Origin: Minisyncoccota bacterium
Lineage (GTDB): Bacteria; Patescibacteriota; Minisyncoccia; Phycocordibacterales; JABAAK01
Direction: 5' to 3'
Length of the DNA stretch: 64,000 nucleotides
Assembly (NCBI GenBank): GCA_965216295.1
Contig: OZ244141.1
Coordinates: 78,163-142,162 of the forward strand
The position numbers and the translations under genes are program-made. How positions within the stretch are numbered: position 1 is the first letter of the stretch; each line of letters begins with the position of its first letter. Below the pieces are notes generated by a model that saw only the letters and a list, made by a program, of their open reading frames with translations, was not told where the DNA came from and did no database searches. This document shows positions 50,180-59,422 of the stretch, piece after piece.

Positions 50180-52096
50180 TTATTTATTATCACCTTTCTT
50201 TTTGGTACCATAGTATTTGTGAGTAAATTCCCTTGATGCGTTCGTGATTTTCCTTGCTCTATCATTAAGGATTTTTTTAGCAAATGCAATTCTTGCATCA
50301 CTATTTGGAGGAGCTTCTTTTGCTCGACCACTTCCTGCAATAATCTGATCAGCCTTCTTTCCATCCACCTCTCCTATTCTATCTGGATGATGTTGATTCA
50401 TGAGAAGTTTGTACTGATCTCGCATTTTTTCAGGAGAAGTTTCGTTTGACGTACCAAGTATTGCGTGATAGTCATCACCACTCACTTCATCAAGCTGTTT
50501 TCCTGTTGGAGGGGTATATCCTTTTTCTGTGCCATCTGAAGGGTTGTATGGGAGTGCCAGTTTTGATTCTTGTAGGTGTTCTAAACGACGGTTTTTGGGT
50601 ATCGGTGATCCACCACCACCACCACCATCATCTCCTGCTACTGATGGACGAGGGTTAGTTGAAGTTTTTTTATCTTCTTGTGTTTTAGCATCTTTCTTGC
50701 CACCACGATGACGATTAAAGAAGCCAGAAGCAGCACTTGATTTGAATAATATATGTCGATCTTTTAGCGATCTCCCCCCTTTCTTCTTATCACCCTGATC
50801 AATTGATCGTACATCACCAACAAACTCCTTTGTTATTCTCTTTGTTGCTTTCCCTACAGATGTTTTTCCAAGCCAAGCAGCTCTCCTTTTCGTCCACCCA
50901 TGAAATTGACCTTTTCCAACACTATCCGAAAAATCCCTCCCCTGCCATCGCCAATAATTTCGCAAATTCTGCAAACGACCTGTCAAGTTCACCCCGCCCT
51001 TAAGGGCTTTTTGTATCTTGTTAAAGAGACTGATAACGTGGAGTATGAGGAATATCGTAAGGAAGGCGAGAAAGATACTTCCTATAAATTCCTCATAAGG
51101 ACTATTTCCCAAATTTTCATTAAGTATCTTATCCATCAATTCTGTTATTTTAAATACAAACCATAATAGAAAGAAAATAATAACCGGCATTAACGCGGTG
51201 CTCTGTAATTTACCAACCCACCAGATTTTAAACTTTCCAAAAACATTCTTACCATCACCTCCGACAAATAAGGCAATTACGGCAATTGGTGATGTGATGA
51301 GTACAAGAATGGCAACAAAGAATCGTTCAAAAAAGAGAATGATAAGGTAGAAAAATGATGCTGCGAGAGCAAACTTGGTAATCATTGAGAAAAGATGAAA
51401 AAGAATACTCGCTTTAGCGATTGCGGTAGAGCCAGCGGGTGCACTGGCGCCAGAAGATGCACCCGAAAGGGAAATTTTTTGGTGTAAATTGGGATTTATA
51501 AGGTTATCAGCATACAAAGAATACAAACCAGATTGCTGTTGGAACAGAAGTGCAAACAGATTTGATACATCATAAATAAACAATACAAAAAAACCACTAA
51601 AGTTTACCAACAACGCAGCAATAAGTAGTCGTACCAACGTTGCCTTGCTATACCATCCTGGCTTTTCTCGAAGATGACTAAAAACAATCCCAACAGCGAT
51701 AGTTATGAATAGTGCAACAATAATAAGATTGGCGACATCTCTAAAAAACACCCAAACATCCTGAATAATACCTGATTCAGTGGGTGCAACAATGGTGCTA
51801 AATTCCAAGACAGTGAGTGTGGTGGCATGACGAAGCGCATCAAGAGACAAGTCTAATACATTACTTCCGATGGTGTTGTTAAGAAAATCAAACATTAGCT
51901 CAACAACCTTATAAATGGTACCAATAATTGCTGATGCCACCGCCCCCGCCCCCCCCGCTACATCTATTGGTGTTTCTGGTTTCGGAAATCCTGGTCCTTG
52001 TGCGAAGACCCATTGCCAGTCAACAAGTAGTACAACAAGCAATGCAATACAACACCACCCAGCTGTTTTAAATATTGTAATATTCACTTTTTTCAT
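50180..52096 (-). CDS. VirB6/TrbL-like polytopic membrane protein with a C-terminal J-like domain (HPD motif)
   Basis: Signal plus about 6 TM and a cytoplasmic tail ending in DDYHAILGTSNETSPEKMRDQYKLLMNQHHPDR (J-domain-like helix II/III with HPD). Confidence 0.5.
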   Translation of the reverse strand: MKKVNITIFKTAGWCCIALLVVLLVDWQWVFAQGPGFPKPETPIDVAGGAGAVASAIIGTIYKVVELMFDFLNNTIGSNVLDLSLDALRHATTLTVLEFSTIVAPTESGIIQDVWVFFRDVANLIIVALFITIAVGIVFSHLREKPGWYSKATLVRLLIAALLVNFSGFFVLFIYDVSNLFALLFQQQSGLYSLYADNLINPNLHQKISLSGASSGASAPAGSTAIAKASILFHLFSMITKFALAASFFYLIILFFERFFVAILVLITSPIAVIALFVGGDGKNVFGKFKIWWVGKLQSTALMPVIIFFLLWFVFKITELMDKILNENLGNSPYEEFIGSIFLAFLTIFLILHVISLFNKIQKALKGGVNLTGRLQNLRNYWRWQGRDFSDSVGKGQFHGWTKRRAAWLGKTSVGKATKRITKEFVGDVRSIDQGDKKKGGRSLKDRHILFKSSAASGFFNRHRGGKKDAKTQEDKKTSTNPRPSVAGDDGGGGGGSPIPKNRRLEHLQESKLALPYNPSDGTEKGYTPPTGKQLDEVSGDDYHAILGTSNETSPEKMRDQYKLLMNQHHPDRIGEVDGKKADQIIAGSGRAKEAPPNSDARIAFAKKILNDRARKITNASREFTHKYYGTKKKGDNK

Positions 52097-52102
52097 ACAT
52101 TA

Positions 52103-55100
52103 TTAGAAAAAGGGGCGCGGCACATTAACATCAGGTATATTAACAAAATCATCCAATCCAGACGGCGGTGTAGTTATTTTCCGAATACTTTCATCCCTAA
52201 TCCCATAATCAGTTTTCAACGACCTATCTTTTGTTCTGGACGATCTATCACCACCAGGAACTGATTTCCAGAAATTGGAATAATCCCCCAAAATCTTTTG
52301 CTGAACTCGTCCTCGTAACGCAGCGTTATACTGTCTGCCAATTGTATTGCTACTGAATTTTGTTGCCCTAAAGGTCTGAATAGCATCATCATCTTTACTA
52401 AAAATTCTAGCAAAATTAACTGTTTTTGCTTGATCATATCCTGTTCCGTATGTTCCGTAAGATTGTGACTGTAGATTAAATGTAGGAGTGTTTTGTAATG
52501 TTATGTTGGGAATATCAATTATTCCATTTTCATAAAATAGGTAAATGACTCTGGACAACGCCCGAGCTATATTCTTGGTTTTTGTTTCACGAACTTCCTT
52601 TTTCAATGTATTAAGTGTACCTGATTCACAAAAACCTTGGCCCTCAACAGTAACATTAATTTTATCTGTACATTTTTTATAAGCAGGCGCTGCCCCGTTT
52701 TTAATTTTTTTCACAAGAGCTTTCTCAACATTTTGTGGCGTGACTTCATCACTTCCCACCAACTTACTCCTAATTTTCTTTACCCCCTCATTTCTCTCAT
52801 TTTTATACCCATCACTCAAAAAAACATCATCCTCTCCTCGAACACGGAGATATACTCCTAACGTAGATTTATAATCACCAACCAGCTTTTCAGCTACTAT
52901 CTCTTTCTGTTCTAGGTAGGATAAGTCATTGTGAAAATTTCTAAAAGAAAGATTGTTAACATCTTCGTAATAGAGGAATGTATCAGAAACATTCTTCTTC
53001 TCATCCACTATAGTGGTTTCAGTCACATCAATCTTTTTTGTTTTACGACTAATGATGACAATTTTATTCCGCCTCTCTAAAGTTTCTTTAATTTGCACTT
53101 TGGCTTTGAATCCAGAAGGTATCTCGCCGAGCACTTGCTTGCTTTCCAAACTCTTTTTCACATGATCTTTATATATCTCATAAGCTTTATAATCCTGGTC
53201 AAGTTTGGGGTTTGTAACAAGATAGTTGCCCTCATTACCAATGACACCACTCAATAAGTATCGAGCATCACCCGCTGCTTCGACATATTCTTCTGCTTCT
53301 GCGTAACCACTTTCGTCTATAAACGCTACAAAGACCGAATCACCTCCATTAGCAAGTGCATTCGCATTACGATCAAGTTGACCGGTGTCCACCGCATCTA
53401 TACCTCCTTCTAAGAGGTTTTGAAAAACATTACTGAATGTTTGCTCTATTACACTAGATAGAAGGCTACCAATTTCACTAAACTCATCAGCTTCAGACAC
53501 TTGTTCGAGTGGCAGTTGTGAAGCGAATGAAAAGCTTTCTGAGATTAAACTGTAATCCTGATATATAGTTGGTTGTGTTAAGCAGTTAATAAAAGCATCA
53601 ATATCAATCAATCCATCAGAGTTATAACTTCCATCACTACCACACCCATCAGCCTTGTCAGCATCATGACTAGACATAAGAGCTCCAGTTTCAGATGTTA
53701 CCTGCTCTCTCTTTGAAACCGTATCACCAGATATATTATTACGAATCTCTTGTGCATCAAAGAATGTTCCAATGTATAGTTCACTAAACGACTGTGCTAC
53801 ATTAAATGGTCTAAAAGTCACATCTTCTTCTATAATTTTCACATTAACATCTATATCCACATCCACGCCAAAATCAACAGTGCTTTTATTAATATTGTCA
53901 AATATATCACTCCCCTTACACGCCCTGGTTTTAATAATACCAATCCCCAATTCATCCTTTATAAGGCGTGTAAAATCAAGATTAAGGCTGTCATTACAAA
54001 AGAACCCCAAACCCTCTCCTGTCAAAAAACTTCCAACAGCCTCGTCAGCTAAATTTTTCCAGTACTCAGAAGGATTGTCTTGGAAAAAATTTGCTTCATT
54101 GCTCCAATTTACATATTTAGAAAGAAGACCTTGGGTTAGCGCGCTTGAAGCGATTCGTGCAATTCCATCGAGAAGACATTCCTTACCCACATTTGCCAGA
54201 TCGTTAGTTGGTACGCTGATTATAGAAGCGAGACCTCCTAGACCAGCAGCCAAGCAAGCAAGCAAGGTCGCCGCTGCCGCCACAACGCCCGATAAAAGAC
54301 TGCTGCCCGATCCACCACCACCACCACCTCCTTCACCTTCAAGAAGTGTTTCACCAAAATCTTCAAAATCTTCATCTGAGTTTGTTTGCACTTTTAAAAA
54401 TTCAGGTGCCACCACCTCTTCTTCATTCAACCCTTGATAAACAGCAGATATACCCCAATCTCCATCTGTTAGTTTTAAACGAACGCTACCATCACCCTTT
54501 CTTGTTTTTTCTACAACTTCCCCCGTATCTTGATTGAGCGCCACGATAGTTATTTCAATATTAGGAAATCCAGACACTTCAATTCTGTTGTCTATTTCTC
54601 CAGAAGGTGATTCAAAACCCAAAGTTTTGTTGGGCGTTTTTATCTCCAACAGGTCAGGAACATTTGTGGTTATTTCCTTACCTAAACTATCTTTATATGT
54701 AAAACTCAATGACCACTTACCATTTCCTAGAAGTAAGTCTATATAATCATTATCTTTTTGCCTTTCCTTTTTCAAAACCCGATTCCCTCTAGATGCTTTA
54801 ATAGTTATTGGGGTTTTTGGGTCTGCACTATTTATGTTATTTATTGTTATTTTATTTATTAAATTTTCACTAGGTGAAGTAAAGGAGAGAAATATGGGTT
54901 TGAGTGAAGAACCACCACCTTCTTCAGAACCAGATGGATCCCCACCACCATCTTTTTCAGAACCAGATGGATCCTCACCACCACCTTCTTCAGAACCAGA
55001 CGGATCCCCACCACCATCTTTTTCAGAACCAGACGGATCCCCACCACCATCTTTTTCAGAACCAGACGGATCCCCACCACCATCTTTTTCAGAACCAGAT

Positions 55101-55606
55101 GGATCCTCATTACCACCTCTGGGATTATTAGTTCTTCTAGTGATAAATTTTATAAAAGCAGCATTCACAGAACTTCCGGTGTATAAGGAATTATTCCTTC
55201 CAGCACCGTTAAGATTGGAACCATTACCACCATCAAAACCAGACGAACCATTACCACCATCAAAACCAGACGAACCATTACCACCACCACCATTACCACC
55301 ATCAAAACCAGACGAACCATTATCACCATCAAAACCAGACGAACCACCACCACCTCCAGGAGCAGTTGTGCTACTATCAAGGTCACCACCAGGAGGTTTT
55401 ATATTAAATATCCTAGCCAAATCTTTTGATGTTTTTGGTTCTAAAGAAGTTCCTCTTAAGGACGGGTCTACCAAAACCTCGCCATCTCCTAGTCGATCAA
55501 GCGTTCCTCGTTTTGCTTCGTCACCCTCTAAGATAAATAAATAGACACCGCTCGCTACCAAAACAACCACAGAAACAACACCAATAAGGATAAATCTAAA
55601 AGTCAT
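52103..55606 (-). CDS. Giant (1167 aa) Gly/Asp/Pro-rich repeat protein with an N-terminal TM and an internal hydrophobic segment
   Basis: Repeats (GNGSSGFDGG) x4 and (DPSGSEKDGGG) x6; poly-Gly stretches; mid-protein TM (VVAAAATLLACLAAGLGGLASII). Confidence 0.5.
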   Translation of the reverse strand: MTFRFILIGVVSVVVLVASGVYLFILEGDEAKRGTLDRLGDGEVLVDPSLRGTSLEPKTSKDLARIFNIKPPGGDLDSSTTAPGGGGGSSGFDGDNGSSGFDGGNGGGGNGSSGFDGGNGSSGFDGGNGSNLNGAGRNNSLYTGSSVNAAFIKFITRRTNNPRGGNEDPSGSEKDGGGDPSGSEKDGGGDPSGSEKDGGGDPSGSEEGGGEDPSGSEKDGGGDPSGSEEGGGSSLKPIFLSFTSPSENLINKITINNINSADPKTPITIKASRGNRVLKKERQKDNDYIDLLLGNGKWSLSFTYKDSLGKEITTNVPDLLEIKTPNKTLGFESPSGEIDNRIEVSGFPNIEITIVALNQDTGEVVEKTRKGDGSVRLKLTDGDWGISAVYQGLNEEEVVAPEFLKVQTNSDEDFEDFGETLLEGEGGGGGGGSGSSLLSGVVAAAATLLACLAAGLGGLASIISVPTNDLANVGKECLLDGIARIASSALTQGLLSKYVNWSNEANFFQDNPSEYWKNLADEAVGSFLTGEGLGFFCNDSLNLDFTRLIKDELGIGIIKTRACKGSDIFDNINKSTVDFGVDVDIDVNVKIIEEDVTFRPFNVAQSFSELYIGTFFDAQEIRNNISGDTVSKREQVTSETGALMSSHDADKADGCGSDGSYNSDGLIDIDAFINCLTQPTIYQDYSLISESFSFASQLPLEQVSEADEFSEIGSLLSSVIEQTFSNVFQNLLEGGIDAVDTGQLDRNANALANGGDSVFVAFIDESGYAEAEEYVEAAGDARYLLSGVIGNEGNYLVTNPKLDQDYKAYEIYKDHVKKSLESKQVLGEIPSGFKAKVQIKETLERRNKIVIISRKTKKIDVTETTIVDEKKNVSDTFLYYEDVNNLSFRNFHNDLSYLEQKEIVAEKLVGDYKSTLGVYLRVRGEDDVFLSDGYKNERNEGVKKIRSKLVGSDEVTPQNVEKALVKKIKNGAAPAYKKCTDKINVTVEGQGFCESGTLNTLKKEVRETKTKNIARALSRVIYLFYENGIIDIPNITLQNTPTFNLQSQSYGTYGTGYDQAKTVNFARIFSKDDDAIQTFRATKFSSNTIGRQYNAALRGRVQQKILGDYSNFWKSVPGGDRSSRTKDRSLKTDYGIRDESIRKITTPPSGLDDFVNIPDVNVPRPFF
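54910..55125. repeat. Tandem 33-bp repeats (about 6 copies) encoding DPSGSEKDGGG units
   Basis: ttcagaaccagatggatccccaccaccatcttt repeated with minor variants. Confidence 0.8.
55219..55355. repeat. Tandem 27-bp repeats (about 4-5 copies) encoding the GNGSSGFDG units
   Basis: accaccatcaaaaccagacgaaccatt repeated. Confidence 0.75.
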
Positions 55607-55625
55607 TATATTCAGTATAACTCAG

Positions 55626-56486
55626 TTATTTACTCAGTTCTTTTATAATATCTTGCAAACTCTGGAGAAAAACATCAAACTTTACCGTCGTCGTACCTCC
55701 TTCCGGAGCATTCGGGTCAGTTGGGGCTAATAAACGTATACCCAACACAACATTATCAGCTGTTGGAGGTAATAATGAAACATCTACCGCAGCACATGAG
55801 TCAGAAACCCTTTTGATAAATAGTGTGTATTGCGAATATATTGCGTGTGGTACTCGTCGTGGTAACTTTTGAAGTATCTCTTGACACAAAAGTTGTAATT
55901 GAAGCGCTTCTTCACGACGACCTTTCTCATTTGCAAATGCCCCAATAACAATTTTTTCTACAGGAGTTTTTATAGCGCCAAGTAACTGAATTGCAGAAAT
56001 GAATTCAGAGAGCACCGCGCCCCTATCAACCGAATCATCAACTTGCACAACCAAATCTGAATCCTCGCTTTTTGATAATTTTTTAGTAACATCTGCAACA
56101 GAATCTTTTACTATTTGATCAATCTCTTCTTCAGTTACATTTTTGTAACCATCTCGTGAATATAATATTTTGCGCAATACATCAGAGGTACGCTCACTCG
56201 GACCACCTTGTTCTTCTGTCGTTCGTGCCGTTGCCTCATCAATTTCTGCTTGGTAAGCAAGTGATGTTGGATTATCTGGATCTGTTCCTTTAAGAACTTC
56301 CAGCCAATTCGGCACGCCATCACCATCAATATCTTCATCTGTAACAGAATACTTGGTCAAAAAAATATTTCCTGGTTCCTTATCAATATTGTTGTATAAC
56401 CATATCATCAGTACGATAAACCAAAACACAAAAAAAACAATGAGTATAAATAATGTTTTTCTCTCTACTAGGGGCATTCGCCGCAT
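55626..56486 (-). CDS. Membrane-anchored extracytoplasmic protein (first gene of the T4SS-like cluster)
   Basis: N-terminal TM (LFILIVFFVFWFIVLMIWLY); DGDGVPNWLE calcium-binding-like motif. The track ORF extends to 56594. Confidence 0.4.
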   Translation of the reverse strand: MRRMPLVERKTLFILIVFFVFWFIVLMIWLYNNIDKEPGNIFLTKYSVTDEDIDGDGVPNWLEVLKGTDPDNPTSLAYQAEIDEATARTTEEQGGPSERTSDVLRKILYSRDGYKNVTEEEIDQIVKDSVADVTKKLSKSEDSDLVVQVDDSVDRGAVLSEFISAIQLLGAIKTPVEKIVIGAFANEKGRREEALQLQLLCQEILQKLPRRVPHAIYSQYTLFIKRVSDSCAAVDVSLLPPTADNVVLGIRLLAPTDPNAPEGGTTTVKFDVFLQSLQDIIKELSK

Positions 56487-56994
56487 TTGAGGAGGACGTT
56501 TTTCCAATCGCCCATTCTTACTATGCTTATTGTGAGGTGTTGGGTGAGGATGCATACACACAGTATATGGTAAAATGAAGTGTGGTGATATCAAACAGTA
56601 ATCAAACCTCTTTGGCGATAAGAGGAAAAATTGCCATTATTGTATGGAGTCTCTCTTTCTTCGCATTTTTTAGTCCTCAAGAAGTAGACGCGTTTTTCAT
56701 ACCCGAGGGAGGTCGTATATTAATTGCTCTCCCGCCCTGCCATCTTCCTATCCCCGGTTCAGTATGGACGCTCAGTATTAATTTAGCAACCAAATTACCT
56801 CACCCAGAACTGCGATTTCCCGTAGCACCAAGAGCACACTATATTCCACCACTACCTATAACAAATACTTTAGGACAAGCATTACCCATCAGGTTGCCGT
56901 GCTGTTGGTATATAGGGATAGCTATCATATGCAACCCTGTTCCAGGATTTCTTCCAGCACCACCCTCTCTTTACGGTGCCTCTTTTTAGAAAGA

Positions 56995-57750
56995 TTAGAG
57001 TAATGCTGCGCATTGTTTCCAAGAATCAAAAGAAACATCTTCCGCTCGTGTTGTTTCTGTAACACCACAATTCATTAAACGGGTTTGTATGTCACTGTTG
57101 TGTGCAAACTTTTTTAACACCGCTTTTCGTTTATGTCTGAAAGCTGTGTGGATTAGTGAAAAAAAGTTTTGCTGTAATTGCTCTTCAACAGGAGAAATAT
57201 TTTCTATACTCAATATTGCGGAAGACACTTGAGGTTTTGGATGAAATGCTTGAGGCGGTACTGTTGTGATAATTTTTGGTGTACCAAAAAGACGAACAGA
57301 AAGTGAGAGGAGTGAGTGTTTGGTACGATGGGTAATTCTTTGAGCAACTTCCTTTTGCAACAAAAGAGCCATGCGAGTTGGTGGTACAGACGACGTTAGT
57401 AATAATCGCAACAGTGAGCTGGTGAGATAGTATGGTATGTTTGCCACAACCACAAATGGGGTTTTGGATATATGACTTTTCCATGATTCGTTTCGCGCAT
57501 CATCTTGTATGAGAACCAACTGCTCTTTCTCCAATGCCTCAGCAAATCGTTTCTGTAGACACTCTACTAAAACAGGATCTTTTTCTACGGCGTAGAGTTT
57601 TTTTGTATGTAAAAGGAGGAGTTCTGTTAAGACACCCTTACCAGGCCCGATTTCTAAAACCACTTCATTGTGCTGTATATGTGCCGCCTTTATTAACATC
57701 CCAGCAAATCGTTTGCTTTTTAAAAAATGTTGTCCTAATCGTGCTCGCAT
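56995..57750 (-). CDS. rsmA: 16S rRNA (adenine1518/1519-N6)-dimethyltransferase
   Basis: KsgA motifs GQHFL and SAM-binding VLEIGPGKGVLT; NIPY motif (VANIPYYLTS). Confidence 0.85.
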   Translation of the reverse strand: MRARLGQHFLKSKRFAGMLIKAAHIQHNEVVLEIGPGKGVLTELLLLHTKKLYAVEKDPVLVECLQKRFAEALEKEQLVLIQDDARNESWKSHISKTPFVVVANIPYYLTSSLLRLLLTSSVPPTRMALLLQKEVAQRITHRTKHSLLSLSVRLFGTPKIITTVPPQAFHPKPQVSSAILSIENISPVEEQLQQNFFSLIHTAFRHKRKAVLKKFAHNSDIQTRLMNCGVTETTRAEDVSFDSWKQCAALL

Positions 57751-57875
57751 ATAGTTATCATATTATTACCACACCAAATGCTTTGCTGATTCTACCCTGA
57801 AGGTCATAAATCAATTTTGTTCCAAGGTGTGTTGTAATAAACACATAATAAACTATTGTGTTACTATTTGTTTAA

Positions 57876-57911
57876 TATAAAAATAAAGATGCGCTCATTG
57901 CTGAGCGCATC
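57876..57911 (-). terminator. Intrinsic terminator after paralog A
   Basis: GATGCGCTCA-gcaa-TGAGCGCATC hairpin (10-bp GC-rich stem) followed on the minus strand by TTTATTTTTAT. Confidence 0.7.
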
Positions 57912-57938
57912 TAAAGACTAAAACCTAGCCGTGAACTC

Positions 57939-58526
57939 TTATTTCAGAGCCGTTTGATCCATTACCCCTCTCAATTCATCAAGTCTCTCATCCAACGCGA
58001 CAGTTATCCGAGTTCTATAAGCAGAAATGACATCAACAGGTAACCTTAAAGTCTTACTATCAGCAAAATACTCTTTGCTCGAGTTCATAATGCTTTCCAC
58101 ATATGCAGGATTATCAGCCTGAGCATTGCAGTCGCGAACATAGATAGTAGTAATAGCATCAACCATCATGAGGTCTTCTCCGTTTACATGGAGAAGTAAA
58201 CGGCAGTATTCACCACCATCAACTCCCAAAGCATCATCAATACGACTAAAAACCGAATCACAATAACCCAATTTTTCAACCGCAACAACACCATCTTCAA
58301 GAGCGTGAACTATTCCAATGCATGTCTCCGATTTTCCGGATTCGGGTGAATGACGCTCACGCCACACAGACGCAACATAAGGATATGTTTTTTCGGTCAC
58401 ATTTTCCGGAGTTGTGGAAGTTACATCAGGGTACCCTCCAGTTCCAAAAGACGGACTCGCAGCAAACGCCACGGGAAAACTAAGCAGGGTGGCAAGAGTT
58501 CCACCAAACAAAAATTTTATATTCAT
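57939..58526 (-). CDS. Secreted small Cys-containing protein, paralog family member A
   Basis: Signal peptide MNIKFLFGGTLATLLSFPVAFA|ASPSFGTGGYPDV. GGAGAAG RBS. Four conserved Cys. The track ORF 57939..58568 uses an upstream TTG. Confidence 0.6.
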   Translation of the reverse strand: MNIKFLFGGTLATLLSFPVAFAASPSFGTGGYPDVTSTTPENVTEKTYPYVASVWRERHSPESGKSETCIGIVHALEDGVVAVEKLGYCDSVFSRIDDALGVDGGEYCRLLLHVNGEDLMMVDAITTIYVRDCNAQADNPAYVESIMNSSKEYFADSKTLRLPVDVISAYRTRITVALDERLDELRGVMDQTALK

Positions 58527-58609
58527 AATACTTCTCCAAAGCAATGAAAAACAAAAAACCCGCACCAAAGATACAGGCAGACTAAAGAACGATAATCTAA
58601 TCCAAAAGA

Positions 58610-58638
58610 ATTGTACTATATAAACATGTGGTTGTCAA
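58610..58638 (-). promoter_or_regulatory. Sigma70-type promoter of paralog A
   Basis: Minus strand reads TTGACA-17 nt-TACAAT, about 85 nt upstream of the ATG. Confidence 0.6.
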
Positions 58639-58650
58639 ATAGCTGTTTAG

Positions 58651-58686
58651 TATAAAAACAAAGATGCGCTCATTGCTGAGCGCATC
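58651..58686 (-). terminator. Intrinsic terminator after paralog B
   Basis: Identical hairpin plus U-tract. Confidence 0.7.
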
Positions 58687-58713
58687 TAAAGACTAAAACC
58701 TAATCGCGAACTC

Positions 58714-59298
58714 TTATTTCAGAGCCGTTTGATCCATTACCCCTCTCAATTCATCAAGTCTCTTATCCAACGCGGTAGTTATCCGAGTTCTATAAGCAGA
58801 AATGACATCAACAGGTATCCTTACTTTACTATTAGCAAAATAATCTTTATATTTTTCCTTCAAATTCATCATGTCTTCTATATATGCAGGATTACCAAGC
58901 TGAGTATTACAATTGCGAACATGGATATTAGTAATAGCATCAATTGGCATAAGATTAAGATCCACCACTTTTTTGTTGAAATAGCAGTATTCACCAACAC
59001 CAACTCCCAAAGCATCATCAATACGACTAAAAATCGAGCCACAATAACCCAACTTTTCAACTGCAAAAACATCATCTTCAAGAGCATGAACTATTCCAAT
59101 ACATTCCGGTTCATCAGGCGACCAGGACTCATACCACACATCCAGAATATAAGGATATGTTTTTTCGGTCACATTTTCCGGAGTTGTGGAAGTTACATCA
59201 GGGTACCCTCCAGTTCCAAAAGACGGACTCGCAGCAAACGCCACGGGAAAACTAAGCAGGGTGGCAAGAGTTCCACCAAACAAAAATTTTATATTCAT
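58714..59298 (-). CDS. Secreted small Cys-containing protein, paralog B
   Basis: Same signal peptide and N-terminus as A; diverged middle; C-terminus conserved with A (VISAYRTRIT.ALD.RLDELRGVMDQTALK). Confidence 0.6.
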   Translation of the reverse strand: MNIKFLFGGTLATLLSFPVAFAASPSFGTGGYPDVTSTTPENVTEKTYPYILDVWYESWSPDEPECIGIVHALEDDVFAVEKLGYCGSIFSRIDDALGVGVGEYCYFNKKVVDLNLMPIDAITNIHVRNCNTQLGNPAYIEDMMNLKEKYKDYFANSKVRIPVDVISAYRTRITTALDKRLDELRGVMDQTALK

Positions 59299-59381
59299 AA
59301 TACTTCTCCAAAGCAATGAAAAACAAAAAACCCGCACCAAAGATACAGGCAGACTAAAGAACGATAATCTAATCCAAAAGA

Positions 59382-59410
59382 ATTGTACTATATAAACATG
59401 TGGTTGTCAA
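59382..59410 (-). promoter_or_regulatory. Sigma70-type promoter of paralog B
   Basis: TTGACA accacatgtttatatag TACAAT on the minus strand. Confidence 0.6.
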
Positions 59411-59422
59411 ATAGCTGTTTAG

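Noticed and set aside
50173-50364. 63-aa minus-strand ORF overlapping the 3' end of the VirB6-like gene in another frame
   Set aside because: It is entirely contained within the longer, better-supported ORF and is likely spurious.
54859-55389. Plus-strand His/Leu-rich ORFs (54904..55131, 55165..55389) and other antisense ORFs inside the giant repeat gene
   Set aside because: They are mirror images of the tandem DNA repeats that encode the Gly/Asp-rich protein on the minus strand. Their periodic sequence is an artefact of the repeats.
56582-56989. 135-aa plus-strand ORF in the ksgA / T4SS-cluster gap; also checked for RNase P RNA, tmRNA, SRP RNA and 6S motifs
   Set aside because: The ORF has no RBS context, signal or domain. 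No conserved ncRNA motifs were recognisable by eye on either strand. It is left as unexplained intergenic sequence (see findings).
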